Positions 46,164 to 56,280 of a stretch of 64,000 bases of DNA are shown one piece after another. Location of the stretch: the NCBI GenBank assembly GCA_040006915.1, contig JBDTWD010000003.1, positions 38,023-102,022 on the forward strand. The letters run 5' to 3'. Source of the DNA: Candidatus Woesebacteria bacterium. GTDB lineage: Bacteria; Patescibacteriota; Microgenomatia; UBA1400; UBA12028. Below the pieces are notes generated by a model, which saw nothing but the letters and a program-made list of their open reading frames with translations, was not told the DNA's origin and made no database searches. Each line of letters starts with the position of its first letter. Position 1 is the first letter of the stretch. The position numbers were made by a program, and so were the translations under genes.

Positions 46164-46644
46164 ATGTTACTTCTGAACCTAATTTTTTTACCAGGCGCTG
46201 ACACCACTGTGCTAACCACCTGACACTCTCGTTAACGTTTGTATGTAGTCCTTGTTTATACTCAACTTCCCCTAGAGGAAGAACAAAAACGGGCTGAGCA
46301 CTATAATGATTGGTTGCCGATTGAGCCGTCTTGTCTGCAACCACAATTTCTGGTGGTTTTTCTCCACTATTATCTCGATTCACTTTTTCCATCCAGCTGG
46401 AAACTTCAGGAGGTAATGGTTCTTTTTCAATTGCGTCGGTACCAACGACTTCAATAGTCGGGGTGGTTTCAGCCGAAATCGGACCTGCCTCTTTGGCTTT
46501 TCCACTCACTTGTGTATCAACCACAGGCTGGGCGCTACTCACTGCATTTACGACTGGTTGCACCATGGCTGGTGCCTGCATAACTGGCTGATCAGTTGGT
46601 GGAACTACTGGTGTTGGTACTTGAGGAATAGCATTCGAATCCAT
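46147..46644 (-). CDS. hypothetical Pro/Val/Gln-rich protein co-transcribed with the coupling-protein-like ATPase
   Basis: 165 aa, 17-nt overlap with the downstream ATPase gene. Confidence 0.45.
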   Translation of the reverse strand: MDSNAIPQVPTPVVPPTDQPVMQAPAMVQPVVNAVSSAQPVVDTQVSGKAKEAGPISAETTPTIEVVGTDAIEKEPLPPEVSSWMEKVNRDNSGEKPPEIVVADKTAQSATNHYSAQPVFVLPLGEVEYKQGLHTNVNESVRWLAQWCQRLVKKLGSEVTYGSNH

Positions 46645-46696
46645 ACCTATTCATCATAGCATGGGAACCAAGGTACAGAGAACTACCGATGCAAAT

Positions 46697-47323
46697 TTAT
46701 TGGTGGGTAAAGTGTTCCTCTACAATAGCTTTCACATCAACATCAACTGGAATATTAAATTGTTCTAAAAGACCGGCCGCTTCCTCTATTGGTAATCCTA
46801 CTACATTGGACAAACTTCCCTCCAGTAACTTCACCAATCCTTTCGCTCCTAACTGAATTGCGTAGGCACCTGCTTTTCCTAATGATTCACTGGTATCTAT
46901 ATAGTTTTCTAGTTGTTCATCCGAAAATGGCAGAAACGTTACGAAGCTACTCACCGTTTGAATTTCTTGTTGTCTGGTTAATGTATCAATAAAAACCATC
47001 GCGGTTGTAACCTGATGTCGCTTCCCTCGAAGCATTTGCAGAATACGCCGAGCCTCATCTAAATCACTTGGCTTGTTGTATACATTCCCTTCCAAAAAAA
47101 CCGAAGTGTCAGCCGCAATAATCAATGCATCTTCAAAACGGGGTGCAATTGTGAGGGCTTTTCCCATGGCAATGGTACTGACGTAATCTGCTGGTTCATC
47201 AAAATCTTCCCACCTCACATTTTCTTCCGGGAAATCTGAGACCACGATCTCGAAAGGAACGCCTAAAAATTCCATGATATCTTTTCGTCGAGGTGAGCCT
47301 GAGGCTAAAATAATTTTTCGCAT
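46697..47323 (-). CDS. maf: Maf-family nucleoside triphosphate pyrophosphatase
   Basis: IILASGSPRRKDI N-terminus and Maf fold length. Confidence 0.85.
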   Translation of the reverse strand: MRKIILASGSPRRKDIMEFLGVPFEIVVSDFPEENVRWEDFDEPADYVSTIAMGKALTIAPRFEDALIIAADTSVFLEGNVYNKPSDLDEARRILQMLRGKRHQVTTAMVFIDTLTRQQEIQTVSSFVTFLPFSDEQLENYIDTSESLGKAGAYAIQLGAKGLVKLLEGSLSNVVGLPIEEAAGLLEQFNIPVDVDVKAIVEEHFTHQ

Positions 47324-47370
47324 ATGAATCTTGACTACTTTTCTTACTCCTCTTTTGTTACTATGGAAAG

Positions 47371-48768
47371 ATGAATTATAGCTTGAGTCGTCGACATATT
47401 ATATTCCAATTGCTTCCTCTGCTTTTTATCATGATCGCGATAGTCTTGGGTAGTTTAAATTTTAATAAAATTCGAGAATTCTTAATTGGAGCGTTAGGGC
47501 AAGAAGCGAACATCATTATTAATACTCAAGTTTCCCAAGGACCAATGGTCTATCCCTGGCACAATCTTGCCCAAGGTGGAGAAAATAAAGATTGGAGATT
47601 AGCTCCCCTCACCAACCAAGTCAAAGCGTTGCAACCACAATATATCCGTCTGGATCACCTCTATGACTTCTACGATATCGTTCATGGGTCTCCAGGACAA
47701 CTGACGATGGATTTCTCCAAACTCGATGTCATCATCCAAGACATTAGAGCTACGGGTGCCACTCCGTTTCTGTCTCTTTCCTATACACCTCCTGCTATTG
47801 CAGTCGGTGGCGACATCACCGCTCCACCCGCAAGGTGGACTGATTGGCAGTTCGTCGTCCAACGAACAATTGAACATGTAAGTGGAACACTTAATATTCC
47901 CAATGTGTATTACGAAGTATGGAATGAACCTGATTTGTTTGGTGGATACAAAACCTATGGAGACAAAAATTACCTGACGATGTACCAGTATGCCGCGCAA
48001 GGAGCCAAAAATGCCAGGGTCAGGCAACCATATAAAATTGGCGGTCCAGCAATTACAGCGTTGTATAAAAACTGGGTCGATAGCATGATTCAGATGTGCC
48101 TTGATCAAAATCTGCCATTAGACTTTTTCTCCTGGCATCGCTACAGCCGTGATGTTGATGTATTTCGTCAGGACATTTCCCAAGTCCGGCAATGGCTAGC
48201 AGCGTATCCACAAAAATCTAATATTGAGCTTGATATCACCGAATGGGGACATGATCCCCAAAACGATAGCGGCTATGATGGACAATTTGGGGCAATACAT
48301 ACAATTGCAGTCAGCACTGAACTGATTGGAAACATCGATAAAGCCTTTGTGTTTGAAATCCAAGATGGTAAGGATCCGGCCGGACAAACCCGCTGGGGCC
48401 GTTGGGGATTATTTGATAGTCAAAACCAAGCCAAACCTCGCTATTCTGCACTTCGTTTCTTGGACCGATTGACGGGTGAGAGAGTACAACTTCTCGGTCG
48501 AGGAACTTGGGTGAAAGGTGTATCAAGCAAGGCTGGACAGGATATTTTAACGATTCTGGCCAACTTTGATCCCGCAGGTCGACACATTGAAACAGTTCCT
48601 ATTACCTGGAAAGGAATAACTCCTGGAAACTTTGAGATTGAAACTCAGTTTTTTGCCGGAAGTTCGAACAAACAACGCGTGGCGACTACTGGAGCAGAAC
48701 TGCATATTGATGTTCCAATGCCAATCAACAGTGCGGTGTTTGTAAAACTCCACCCGGTTGGACCGTAA
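47371..48768 (+). CDS. membrane-anchored clan GH-A glycoside hydrolase (GH39/GH5-like TIM barrel)
   Basis: N-terminal TM. YYEVWNEPD (acid/base NEP) and ITEWG (nucleophile) motifs. Confidence 0.6.
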   Translation: MNYSLSRRHIIFQLLPLLFIMIAIVLGSLNFNKIREFLIGALGQEANIIINTQVSQGPMVYPWHNLAQGGENKDWRLAPLTNQVKALQPQYIRLDHLYDFYDIVHGSPGQLTMDFSKLDVIIQDIRATGATPFLSLSYTPPAIAVGGDITAPPARWTDWQFVVQRTIEHVSGTLNIPNVYYEVWNEPDLFGGYKTYGDKNYLTMYQYAAQGAKNARVRQPYKIGGPAITALYKNWVDSMIQMCLDQNLPLDFFSWHRYSRDVDVFRQDISQVRQWLAAYPQKSNIELDITEWGHDPQNDSGYDGQFGAIHTIAVSTELIGNIDKAFVFEIQDGKDPAGQTRWGRWGLFDSQNQAKPRYSALRFLDRLTGERVQLLGRGTWVKGVSSKAGQDILTILANFDPAGRHIETVPITWKGITPGNFEIETQFFAGSSNKQRVATTGAELHIDVPMPINSAVFVKLHPVGP

Positions 48769-48836
48769 GTTTCCTTGAAAAAGTAAAACAACCCGCCAAA
48801 ACAGCAGAACTTCCGATTCTATTTACAGAAGCATCT

Positions 48837-49346
48837 TCACAGATCAATAAACTTTGCCGAATTGGTAGCAGTGTCGTAAATTGCAAAACTGGCTCCCTTT
48901 GTTTCTTCATCAGTCATTGGCATCAGCGTTCCTGGATTAAGGGAAAGAGTTTTTCCTACCAGCTCATTTATCCGTTTGTGGGTATGACCGTGAAACACGG
49001 CATCATACTTACCACAGGTGACTAATGCATCGGTCACTTCCCCATAATCACCGTGATAGACAAATATCTTTCTATCTTCAATAACGAGGGATAACACTCG
49101 TTCCTCATATTCAACGTTTATTCCAAATGCCTGGGCACGGATGGGATGCAAAAACCGATCACCGTCATTATTTCCAAATACTCCTTTGATCGGAGCTTTC
49201 AAATTTTTGTAAAATGCCAAAGTAAACGGTGAGACCCAATCACCACAGTGAATCACCAGCCCCACTCCTTCTTGGTTTAAGAGTTCAACAGACTTGAGAA
49301 TGTTATCTACTTGATCATGAGTATCCGACAGTATGCCAATTTTCAT
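48837..49346 (-). CDS. metallophosphoesterase (YfcE/MJ0936-like)
   Basis: MKIGILSDTHD...GDW...GNND...GHTH motif series. Confidence 0.8.
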   Translation of the reverse strand: MKIGILSDTHDQVDNILKSVELLNQEGVGLVIHCGDWVSPFTLAFYKNLKAPIKGVFGNNDGDRFLHPIRAQAFGINVEYEERVLSLVIEDRKIFVYHGDYGEVTDALVTCGKYDAVFHGHTHKRINELVGKTLSLNPGTLMPMTDEETKGASFAIYDTATNSAKFIDL

Positions 49347-49347
49347 A

Positions 49348-49938
49348 TTATTGTTTTAAGCCTTTGTTGTGAATCATTGTATTACCGATGAATTCTCGAA
49401 CCAATGATTGATCTGCTTTGGCCAGCTGTTTTTCAATGTCCCTTTCCAATTGTTCTGGATCAATACGCTTTAACATCCACTCGAGTTCCGGATCAGGGTC
49501 CGGGCCGCTAATGCCTCGCTCTTTCTTTAGTTCCACTAAAATCTCTAAACATTTTGTAATTTCTTGCTCGGCAATTTGATTGATCTGCAAATGCAATTCT
49601 TCTCGCAAAGTTGCAATTTGCGCAGCGCGGTTTTGAGAGATCAACACAAATACAGAGAGAATAATAGCCTCAAGCGATACCACCATTGTTAAAAACCCAA
49701 AAGGATATGGATCAAAGGGAGCAAAACCAGGAACTAGCCCCAGATTTAACGTGATCCAAACGATAAAGATTCCGACATTAACGAACAGAAACAGCGGAGT
49801 ACTTGAATACGAGGTCAAGTGATCAGCAAACTTGGTTGACGATGACCGCTGACGAAGGGATGTTGCTTCAAGAACTTTGTAGATTTGTCTTCTAGTGTGA
49901 TAACTTCTGGCCATATCTTGTAGTGTATTCTTTTTCAA
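49348..49938 (-). CDS. DUF1003 family membrane protein
   Basis: Two TM followed by a coiled region. Architecture typical of DUF1003. Confidence 0.55.
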   Translation of the reverse strand: MKKNTLQDMARSYHTRRQIYKVLEATSLRQRSSSTKFADHLTSYSSTPLFLFVNVGIFIVWITLNLGLVPGFAPFDPYPFGFLTMVVSLEAIILSVFVLISQNRAAQIATLREELHLQINQIAEQEITKCLEILVELKKERGISGPDPDPELEWMLKRIDPEQLERDIEKQLAKADQSLVREFIGNTMIHNKGLKQ

Positions 49939-51067
49939 TCAATTTCTCTATCTCCTCTTGGAACCTGGCTTTTGAGAATTTTTGAGCATGGGTCTTTATT
50001 TTTTCAGGATCGAATTTCTGTGACTCAAATTGCTTGACTGCATCACATAAACCTTCAACACTTAATGAATTAAACAAAATTCCTGTTTTCCCGTCTATAA
50101 CAGTCTCCATCGGCCCTCCTGATTTGTGGGCGATGACTGGAACTCCATGCATCATAGCCTCGACTGGCACAATTCCAAAATCTTCATCTTCAACTGGATA
50201 CAGAAGAGCTTTCGCGTTTTGATACAGTTTGGCCAAAGATATATCATCGATAGCTCCCATAAGTTCGACAGTCTTGCCTGCTATTTTTTCTAACTCCTCG
50301 GCCATAGCTCCTTTGCCTACTACTTTGAGTGCAATTCCTAATTGGGTTGCAGCTCTCACTGCAATCTCGGGGTGCTTGGCAAATGCTAATCGATTTACAT
50401 ACAAATAATATTCTCCGTTCCCTTTTGTTTTGTCATCTTTAACTTCGACGGGAGGATAAATGACCACAGAATCTCTTCCGTAAAATTTCTGGATTCGTGC
50501 TTTCACCTCCTTCGAGTTTGCTACCAATACGTCGGGCCGTTGTGCGGTTACATAATCAATTTGACGCAGACGAAAGTTAATCAACTCACCGACGATACGA
50601 GTAATCGGATTTTTTTTCCAGTTACTGGCTGTGGTGTACCCATATAGTGACCTTGGAGGTGTATGAATATAACTGATGTGAAGCGTATGCGGATTGGTAA
50701 GAACGGCCTTAGCCATATACATATTCGTACTAGAAATGACCACATCGTAGTCGGAAAAATCAAATCCCTCAAAAAAATAAGCTGCAAGAAGTCGTAATGG
50801 AGAATAGAGTTTTTTTATTCCTGGGATTCGAGCGGCACTGCTCTCTTTAATATTCCAATTCTTAAATCGTTGCCAATGAATTCCTAAAGCTTCTGGGTCA
50901 ACAAAAGATGTATACAGTGGCGCATCAGGGAACATTTCATGTAATGCCTCAACCACGCGCTCTGCTCCTCCATATTCACGTAAATAATCATGGACTAATG
51001 CAATTTTCAGTGACTTCATGAGGTAAGTATAGCATTTGAAACTGTTACATTTGCGCAACACAATCAA
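49892..51067 (-). CDS. GT4-family glycosyltransferase
   Basis: C-terminal E...FGIVPVEAMMHGVPVIAHKSGGPMETV motif (EX7E-like). Confidence 0.8.
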   Translation of the reverse strand: MIVLRKCNSFKCYTYLMKSLKIALVHDYLREYGGAERVVEALHEMFPDAPLYTSFVDPEALGIHWQRFKNWNIKESSAARIPGIKKLYSPLRLLAAYFFEGFDFSDYDVVISSTNMYMAKAVLTNPHTLHISYIHTPPRSLYGYTTASNWKKNPITRIVGELINFRLRQIDYVTAQRPDVLVANSKEVKARIQKFYGRDSVVIYPPVEVKDDKTKGNGEYYLYVNRLAFAKHPEIAVRAATQLGIALKVVGKGAMAEELEKIAGKTVELMGAIDDISLAKLYQNAKALLYPVEDEDFGIVPVEAMMHGVPVIAHKSGGPMETVIDGKTGILFNSLSVEGLCDAVKQFESQKFDPEKIKTHAQKFSKARFQEEIEKLIEKEYTTRYGQKLSH

Positions 51068-51090
51068 TCCAAGTACAGTTATAGAGCCCT

Positions 51091-51903
51091 ATGAATAAAA
51101 GAGTTCTCATCGGTTTGATTCTCATCATCACAGTTATAGTGGGAATTGGACTCGCTGTCAGTTTATACCTCTCAAGTCAGACGCAAGAGAATCGAAATCA
51201 AGCCTGGACCACAACGCAATCAGCCAACAGTACCTGTGGCGTTGATGGAAAAGCGGTCATCGTCGTCACGTTTTCAAATACAGAACCTGCGAATACTCCT
51301 GCAGACGACATGACTGTCTCTGCTACAGATACCCAGAGCAATCAAAGTGTCAGTATTGGATTAGTCAAAGGTGGGGAAACACTTTCAGCCTCAATTTTGA
51401 CAGGATTTGCTTCGCTAGCGGCTGGAAACGTCCAGCTCCGTCTGACTTGGGCAAATGGAAGAGCAGGAACGGATACTCGAACTGCAAGTTACGGTGCGGT
51501 CTCAACTTGTCTAGTTGCTACCCCCTCCCCAACCCCTGAGATAACCCCTGTTCCCTCACCCACTCCCGAGGTAACACCTAGTCCTACACCAATAACGACA
51601 TCAACTCCTCAGCCAACCAGTACACCGACTAATACTCCTCCCCCCACCTCAGGACCAAGTTGTAACTCACAATGCACCGTCAACACCGATTGTCCCTCAG
51701 ACTTAATCTGTGCATCAAACCAATGTCGCAGACCTGGATGTACTGCCCTTGACTCCTGCAACTGTGGAACACCGGCACCGGCGACACCCACCTCAACTCC
51801 ACAGATATTACCAGTCGCAGGTGGAAGTGGACCGACACTATTTATTCTCACAGCTGGGATGTTTATTCTCATTCTTGGAGTCCTGGGTTTTACGAGACTG
51901 TGA
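51091..51903 (+). CDS. Cys-rich module surface protein with PT-rich linker and C-terminal LPVAGG + TM sorting signal
   Basis: N-terminal TM. TPSPTPEITPVPSPTPEVTPSPTP linker. One 8-Cys module PSCNSQCTVNTDCPSDLICASNQCRRPGCTALDSCNCG (module at 51661-51765). ...QILPVAGGSGPTLFILTAGMFILILGVLGFTRL. Confidence 0.6.
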   Translation: MNKRVLIGLILIITVIVGIGLAVSLYLSSQTQENRNQAWTTTQSANSTCGVDGKAVIVVTFSNTEPANTPADDMTVSATDTQSNQSVSIGLVKGGETLSASILTGFASLAAGNVQLRLTWANGRAGTDTRTASYGAVSTCLVATPSPTPEITPVPSPTPEVTPSPTPITTSTPQPTSTPTNTPPPTSGPSCNSQCTVNTDCPSDLICASNQCRRPGCTALDSCNCGTPAPATPTSTPQILPVAGGSGPTLFILTAGMFILILGVLGFTRL

Positions 51904-53017
51904 GGATGAGGTCTTCCCATTTCTTACACATCTGGGATGCCAGAAACTTACTTTGTACCATCTTCTTTCCCCGTGCACCCATTACGCCACGCTGCGAAGA
52001 ACGAAGCGCTTTTCCCATGACTACTGCTAAATCATCGTCATCATGAGCCGTAAAATACCATCCAGTTTTCCCGTTCTCAACAATCTCGATTTGGGGACCA
52101 AAGCCCGTGGTAATAACTGGTATTCCTGCAGCCATCGCCTCAATCGCAGTCATTCCAAAACCTTCAAGTTTCCACGCTGAAGGAAAGATAAAGAGATCTG
52201 ATTCAGATAGAAGTCGTTTTTTTTTGCCATCTGAAACAAACCCTAAGAATTTGACTGAATCTGAAATTTTCAAATCTTTGCTTAATTCTTCTAAATATTT
52301 TCTCTCTGGACCGTCACCAATAATTTGAAGTTTTTTGTTCGTCCGATCCATTTTTGCCCACGCTTTCAACAGAACATCTATTTCTTTCTCAGTAGCCAAC
52401 CGTGCAACAGTTGAGATAATCACCTGTTTTTTTCTCTGGTTTTTGGGTTTTAGGAAAGGGATCTCAACACCTGGGTAAATGATTTCAATTTCACTCTCTG
52501 GAATCTTCCCCATTTGCACTAAAGATCTCTTTGTCCATTCCGAAATAGTAACGATCTTATCTGGAAACGGACGTCCAAATGCATACAGAAGTTTGGGAAA
52601 ACCATGATTGCGGGCAAAAGTCGGCTCCAAAGGACCGTACTCAAGCCAAATAAGCGTCCCCCCCCACCGTTTTACGAATGGAGAAAAGGAAAGCCTATCC
52701 GAAAATCCCGGAAACAAACACACCACTTTCGCGTTAGTAGCTCGAAGTTTTTGTAGTGTTATTCGTAGCCAAAACAATGCACCAGGAAGAGCGAGAAAAT
52801 ATTTAAGAAGTCCCTTCCAATTTCCAATCGCATCTAGTCTGTATGGAAGATCAATAACTTCTATCTTCCCGATACAAGCCTTTTTGACTGAGGCGTTATT
52901 CGTTGCCAAAACGACGTGATATTTTTTTGTTGCCAAATGAAACAAAACGGAGCATAGATATTCTTCTGCTCCCCCATATGCTGGGGTATCAAGCAGCGAA
53001 AAAATCGTGGGAGGCAT
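51890..53017 (-). CDS. GT4-family glycosyltransferase
   Basis: EGFGMTAIEAMAAGIPVITTGFGPQIEIVENGKTG. Confidence 0.8.
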   Translation of the reverse strand: MPPTIFSLLDTPAYGGAEEYLCSVLFHLATKKYHVVLATNNASVKKACIGKIEVIDLPYRLDAIGNWKGLLKYFLALPGALFWLRITLQKLRATNAKVVCLFPGFSDRLSFSPFVKRWGGTLIWLEYGPLEPTFARNHGFPKLLYAFGRPFPDKIVTISEWTKRSLVQMGKIPESEIEIIYPGVEIPFLKPKNQRKKQVIISTVARLATEKEIDVLLKAWAKMDRTNKKLQIIGDGPERKYLEELSKDLKISDSVKFLGFVSDGKKKRLLSESDLFIFPSAWKLEGFGMTAIEAMAAGIPVITTGFGPQIEIVENGKTGWYFTAHDDDDLAVVMGKALRSSQRGVMGARGKKMVQSKFLASQMCKKWEDLILTVS

Positions 53018-53027
53018 ACGAAACTGT

Positions 53028-53660
53028 CTATTTTGCTAATAGCGCATCTACAGTGGATTTCAAATCATTTACGTCGGTTGCGACGTTATTTACGTAAAAG
53101 GTTGGAGTCGCATTGACTCCAAGAGTATTGGCATCGGTTTGATCAGCTGTGATCCTCGCTTCTACTTCTGGACTCACGCGATCTTTCTTAAATTTCTCTA
53201 CATCAAGTTTTAAATCTTTTGCGTACCCATCAAACTTAGAAGTTGGGTCAGCATCCTCTTCCCACTCTGATTGGGTTTCAAACAATTTGTCATGCATCTC
53301 CCAAAATTTTCCTTGATTAGCAGCTGCTTCAGCAACTTTGGACGCCGCATACGCATTTTTATGAACAGTAGTGAGTGGATAGTGACGATACACCAATCGC
53401 ACGCTCTCTGTAGCTGTCTGAGTAATCAAATCAACTAACGGTTGTGCAGCTTTACAGGCCGGACACTGGAGATCGGAAAATTCAACGATCGTGACTTTGG
53501 CATCCTCTTTCCCTTTGCTGTTTTTGGTTTGTCCTAACACTACTTTCGAATCAACTGGAGCAACCGGAGCATTCGCTTTTTTGGTAAACAAAAATGCAAC
53601 CGCAACTACGGCAATACATGTAACAGCGAGTGAACCTAAAAGGAGCCAAAGATTTTTCAT
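53028..53660 (-). CDS. DsbA-like thiol:disulfide oxidoreductase (second paralog)
   Basis: N-terminal TM/signal. CPAC active site (FSDLQCPACKAAQPL). Confidence 0.75.
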   Translation of the reverse strand: MKNLWLLLGSLAVTCIAVVAVAFLFTKKANAPVAPVDSKVVLGQTKNSKGKEDAKVTIVEFSDLQCPACKAAQPLVDLITQTATESVRLVYRHYPLTTVHKNAYAASKVAEAAANQGKFWEMHDKLFETQSEWEEDADPTSKFDGYAKDLKLDVEKFKKDRVSPEVEARITADQTDANTLGVNATPTFYVNNVATDVNDLKSTVDALLAK

Positions 53661-53705
53661 ATAGATGTAGTATACAAGACAAAAACTGATTTGAAACTGA
53701 AATCA

Positions 53706-55010
53706 TTAATACCGATAATGATCCGGCTTGTATGGCCCTTTGTCCTCAACGCCTAAATACTTCGCCTGGTCTTTGGAGAGTTTGGTTAAATGAACGCCAA
53801 CGTGTTCCAAATGCAGCGCCGCAACTTTTTCATCTAATTCCTTGGGCAATCGATACACTCCCACCTCATATTTCTTCGTCCACAATTCAATTTGCGCCAA
53901 CACTTGATTACTAAAGGAATTACTCATCACAAACGATGGATGTCCCATTGCACACCCTAGGTTTACCAATCTTCCTTCAGCCAATATGATGATACGGTGC
54001 CCGTCTGGAAAAGTGTGAATATCAACTTGTGGTTTTAATGTCGATTTCTTGACTCCCTTCGCTTTATTGAGTCTCGCCATTTGAATCTCAACGTCAAAGT
54101 GTCCGATATTACAGACAATCGCAGTATCTTTCATTTTTTCCATGTGCTCTAGAGTAATGACATCACTACATCCAGTAGCAGTCACAAAGATATCGCATTC
54201 CTTAATCACTTCTTCAACGCGTTTTACTTCATACCCTTCCATTGCCGCTTGCAGCGCACAAATGGGATCAACTTCAGAAACGATCACTCGACAACCATTA
54301 TTACGTAAGCTTTGCGCACATCCCTTACCGACGTCACCATACCCAGCTACAAATGCCACTTTCCCTGCCATCATAATGTCAGTAGCTCTTCGAATCGCAT
54401 CGACGAGCGATTCTCGACACCCATAAATGTTATCAAATTTTGACTTGGTCACCGAATCATTGACATTAATTGCGGGAATTTTTAATTTCCCATCCGCCAT
54501 TAACTTGTAGAGATGATGAACCCCAGTTGTTGTTTCTTCCGAAACCCCTTTTACCTGCGGCAAGAATTCACTGCGTTTGTTATGCAGCCACCCAGTTGCA
54601 TCTCCTCCATCATCCAAAACCATATTTGGTCCAATGATTTTTCCTTTTGCGTCTTTAAAATTAAAGATCTGATCAGTTGACCACCAGTATTCCTCTTCTG
54701 TTTCCCCTTTCCAAGCGAACACAGGAACACCCGATTTTGCAATTGCTGCCGCTGCATGATCTTGAGTAGAGAAAATATTACATGATGCCCATCTAACCTC
54801 TGCACCTAATTCCACCAAAGTTTCAATCAGCACGGCAGTTTGAATTGTCATGTGAAGCGATCCAGCAATTCGCGCTCCTTTGAGTGGTTTTTTCTTGGCA
54901 AACTCTTTACGAATACTCATAAGGCCTGGCATCTCATTCTCTGCCAAGTCCATCTCTTTTCTGCCCCAATCTGCTAAAGAAATGTCCTTTACTTTATAGT
55001 CTTGTTTCAT
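53706..55010 (-). CDS. ahcY: adenosylhomocysteinase
   Basis: Full-length SAHH with NAD-binding [10 protein letters not shown] and conserved catalytic regions. Confidence 0.95.
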   Translation of the reverse strand: MKQDYKVKDISLADWGRKEMDLAENEMPGLMSIRKEFAKKKPLKGARIAGSLHMTIQTAVLIETLVELGAEVRWASCNIFSTQDHAAAAIAKSGVPVFAWKGETEEEYWWSTDQIFNFKDAKGKIIGPNMVLDDGGDATGWLHNKRSEFLPQVKGVSEETTTGVHHLYKLMADGKLKIPAINVNDSVTKSKFDNIYGCRESLVDAIRRATDIMMAGKVAFVAGYGDVGKGCAQSLRNNGCRVIVSEVDPICALQAAMEGYEVKRVEEVIKECDIFVTATGCSDVITLEHMEKMKDTAIVCNIGHFDVEIQMARLNKAKGVKKSTLKPQVDIHTFPDGHRIIILAEGRLVNLGCAMGHPSFVMSNSFSNQVLAQIELWTKKYEVGVYRLPKELDEKVAALHLEHVGVHLTKLSKDQAKYLGVEDKGPYKPDHYRY

Positions 55011-55016
55011 ATGTTC

Positions 55017-55955
55017 CTATTCTAGGATCGAAAGTGATCCAAATTGTTTTTGGTATCGGGTACGAAATTGTGTCTTGGTAAAATGGTGTGCTTGTGTTCC
55101 TTGCACTTCGACTGCAAAAGCTGCTGCTGTTGCTCCCAGCTTAGCACAGATAACAGGATCAACATCTTGAATATATCCATACAGGAATCCTGATCGAAAG
55201 GCATCCCCTGCACCTGTGGGATCAACAACTTTTTTCACTTTAAGAGCCGAAACTGAGTGCCGTCTCCCTTCACTCCAAACGAGTGAGCCTTTTTCACCCA
55301 AAGTCACTACCACGGTTTTCACCATTGCGACAATTTTCTCTTGGCTCCAGCCAGTTTTTTCGGTTAAGACTCCCATTTCATAATCATTGACAATCAAGAG
55401 CTCACAAGCTTCAATTCCTGCTTGAATATCTTTCCCCGAAACATTGGAAGCTTGTTGTCCAATGTCATAGCACATGCGTTTTTTCAGTTTTTTGCATTCT
55501 TTTACTTGGAAAGCCATTTGCGCTGGATCATGAGGGGAGATGACCACAAACACAGTATCATTTTTAAATGGTTCGATCCGTAAGCTTTTAGCATCACTCA
55601 TCGCTCCGGGATAGAAACCTCCGACCTGACAATTCGCTTTATCAGTAATCACGTTAAAAGCGGCGGTAGGAAGGATGGAAAAATGAACCTTTGATGTATC
55701 AATCCCCATATCCTTGAGAGAGTCCATGTACTCAAGCCCATTTTGGCCTACAGATCCATACAAAAGAGGTTTCTCTCCTAACAAAGCGAGGGTATACGCG
55801 ATATTTGCAGCCACTCCCCCTCTGGTCTCGCGCATCTGAGAAAGTAGAACGGACAGGGACAAAACATGTAATTTATCTGGCTGAATTACATCTGCATACC
55901 GCCCATCATATGACATGATGCGATCGATCGCGATGGAACCCGTGAGAATGAGTTT
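55017..55955 (-). CDS. PfkB-family carbohydrate/nucleoside kinase (probable adenosine kinase)
   Basis: DPTGAGDAF motif and ribokinase fold. Directly downstream of ahcY. Confidence 0.65.
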   Translation of the reverse strand, partial: KLILTGSIAIDRIMSYDGRYADVIQPDKLHVLSLSVLLSQMRETRGGVAANIAYTLALLGEKPLLYGSVGQNGLEYMDSLKDMGIDTSKVHFSILPTAAFNVITDKANCQVGGFYPGAMSDAKSLRIEPFKNDTVFVVISPHDPAQMAFQVKECKKLKKRMCYDIGQQASNVSGKDIQAGIEACELLIVNDYEMGVLTEKTGWSQEKIVAMVKTVVVTLGEKGSLVWSEGRRHSVSALKVKKVVDPTGAGDAFRSGFLYGYIQDVDPVICAKLGATAAAFAVEVQGTQAHHFTKTQFRTRYQKQFGSLSILE

Positions 55956-56251
55956 CATACAGGCCACACCTGTTTACCAGTGGCAATCTCTTCTACCACA
56001 ATTGCTGCAGTAGGACAACTTTGCGCTGCTAGTAACTTGATATCATCAAGCTCATCTTCCGAAATAACGTGAGCCAAATTTTTATCATCTAACGCAAACA
56101 CTTTTGGAGCAATGGCAACACAAGAAGCAGCTCCAATACATTTGGATCTGACTACTTTAACGCGATATTTCCCTGGGCTTGTCGCTTTGTCTGCGGGAGC
56201 GACAGAGATATCTCCTGTAACTGGGGGTACTGGCTGTGCGGTATCAGACAT
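55955..56251 (-). CDS. small ferredoxin (3-Cys, [3Fe-4S]/[4Fe-4S] single-cluster type)
   Basis: CIGAASCVAIAP...SCPTAAI. Confidence 0.65.
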   Translation of the reverse strand: MSDTAQPVPPVTGDISVAPADKATSPGKYRVKVVRSKCIGAASCVAIAPKVFALDDKNLAHVISEDELDDIKLLAAQSCPTAAIVVEEIATGKQVWPV

Positions 56252-56280
56252 ATATCTTGCCTTCCTACTGTATCGATTAA

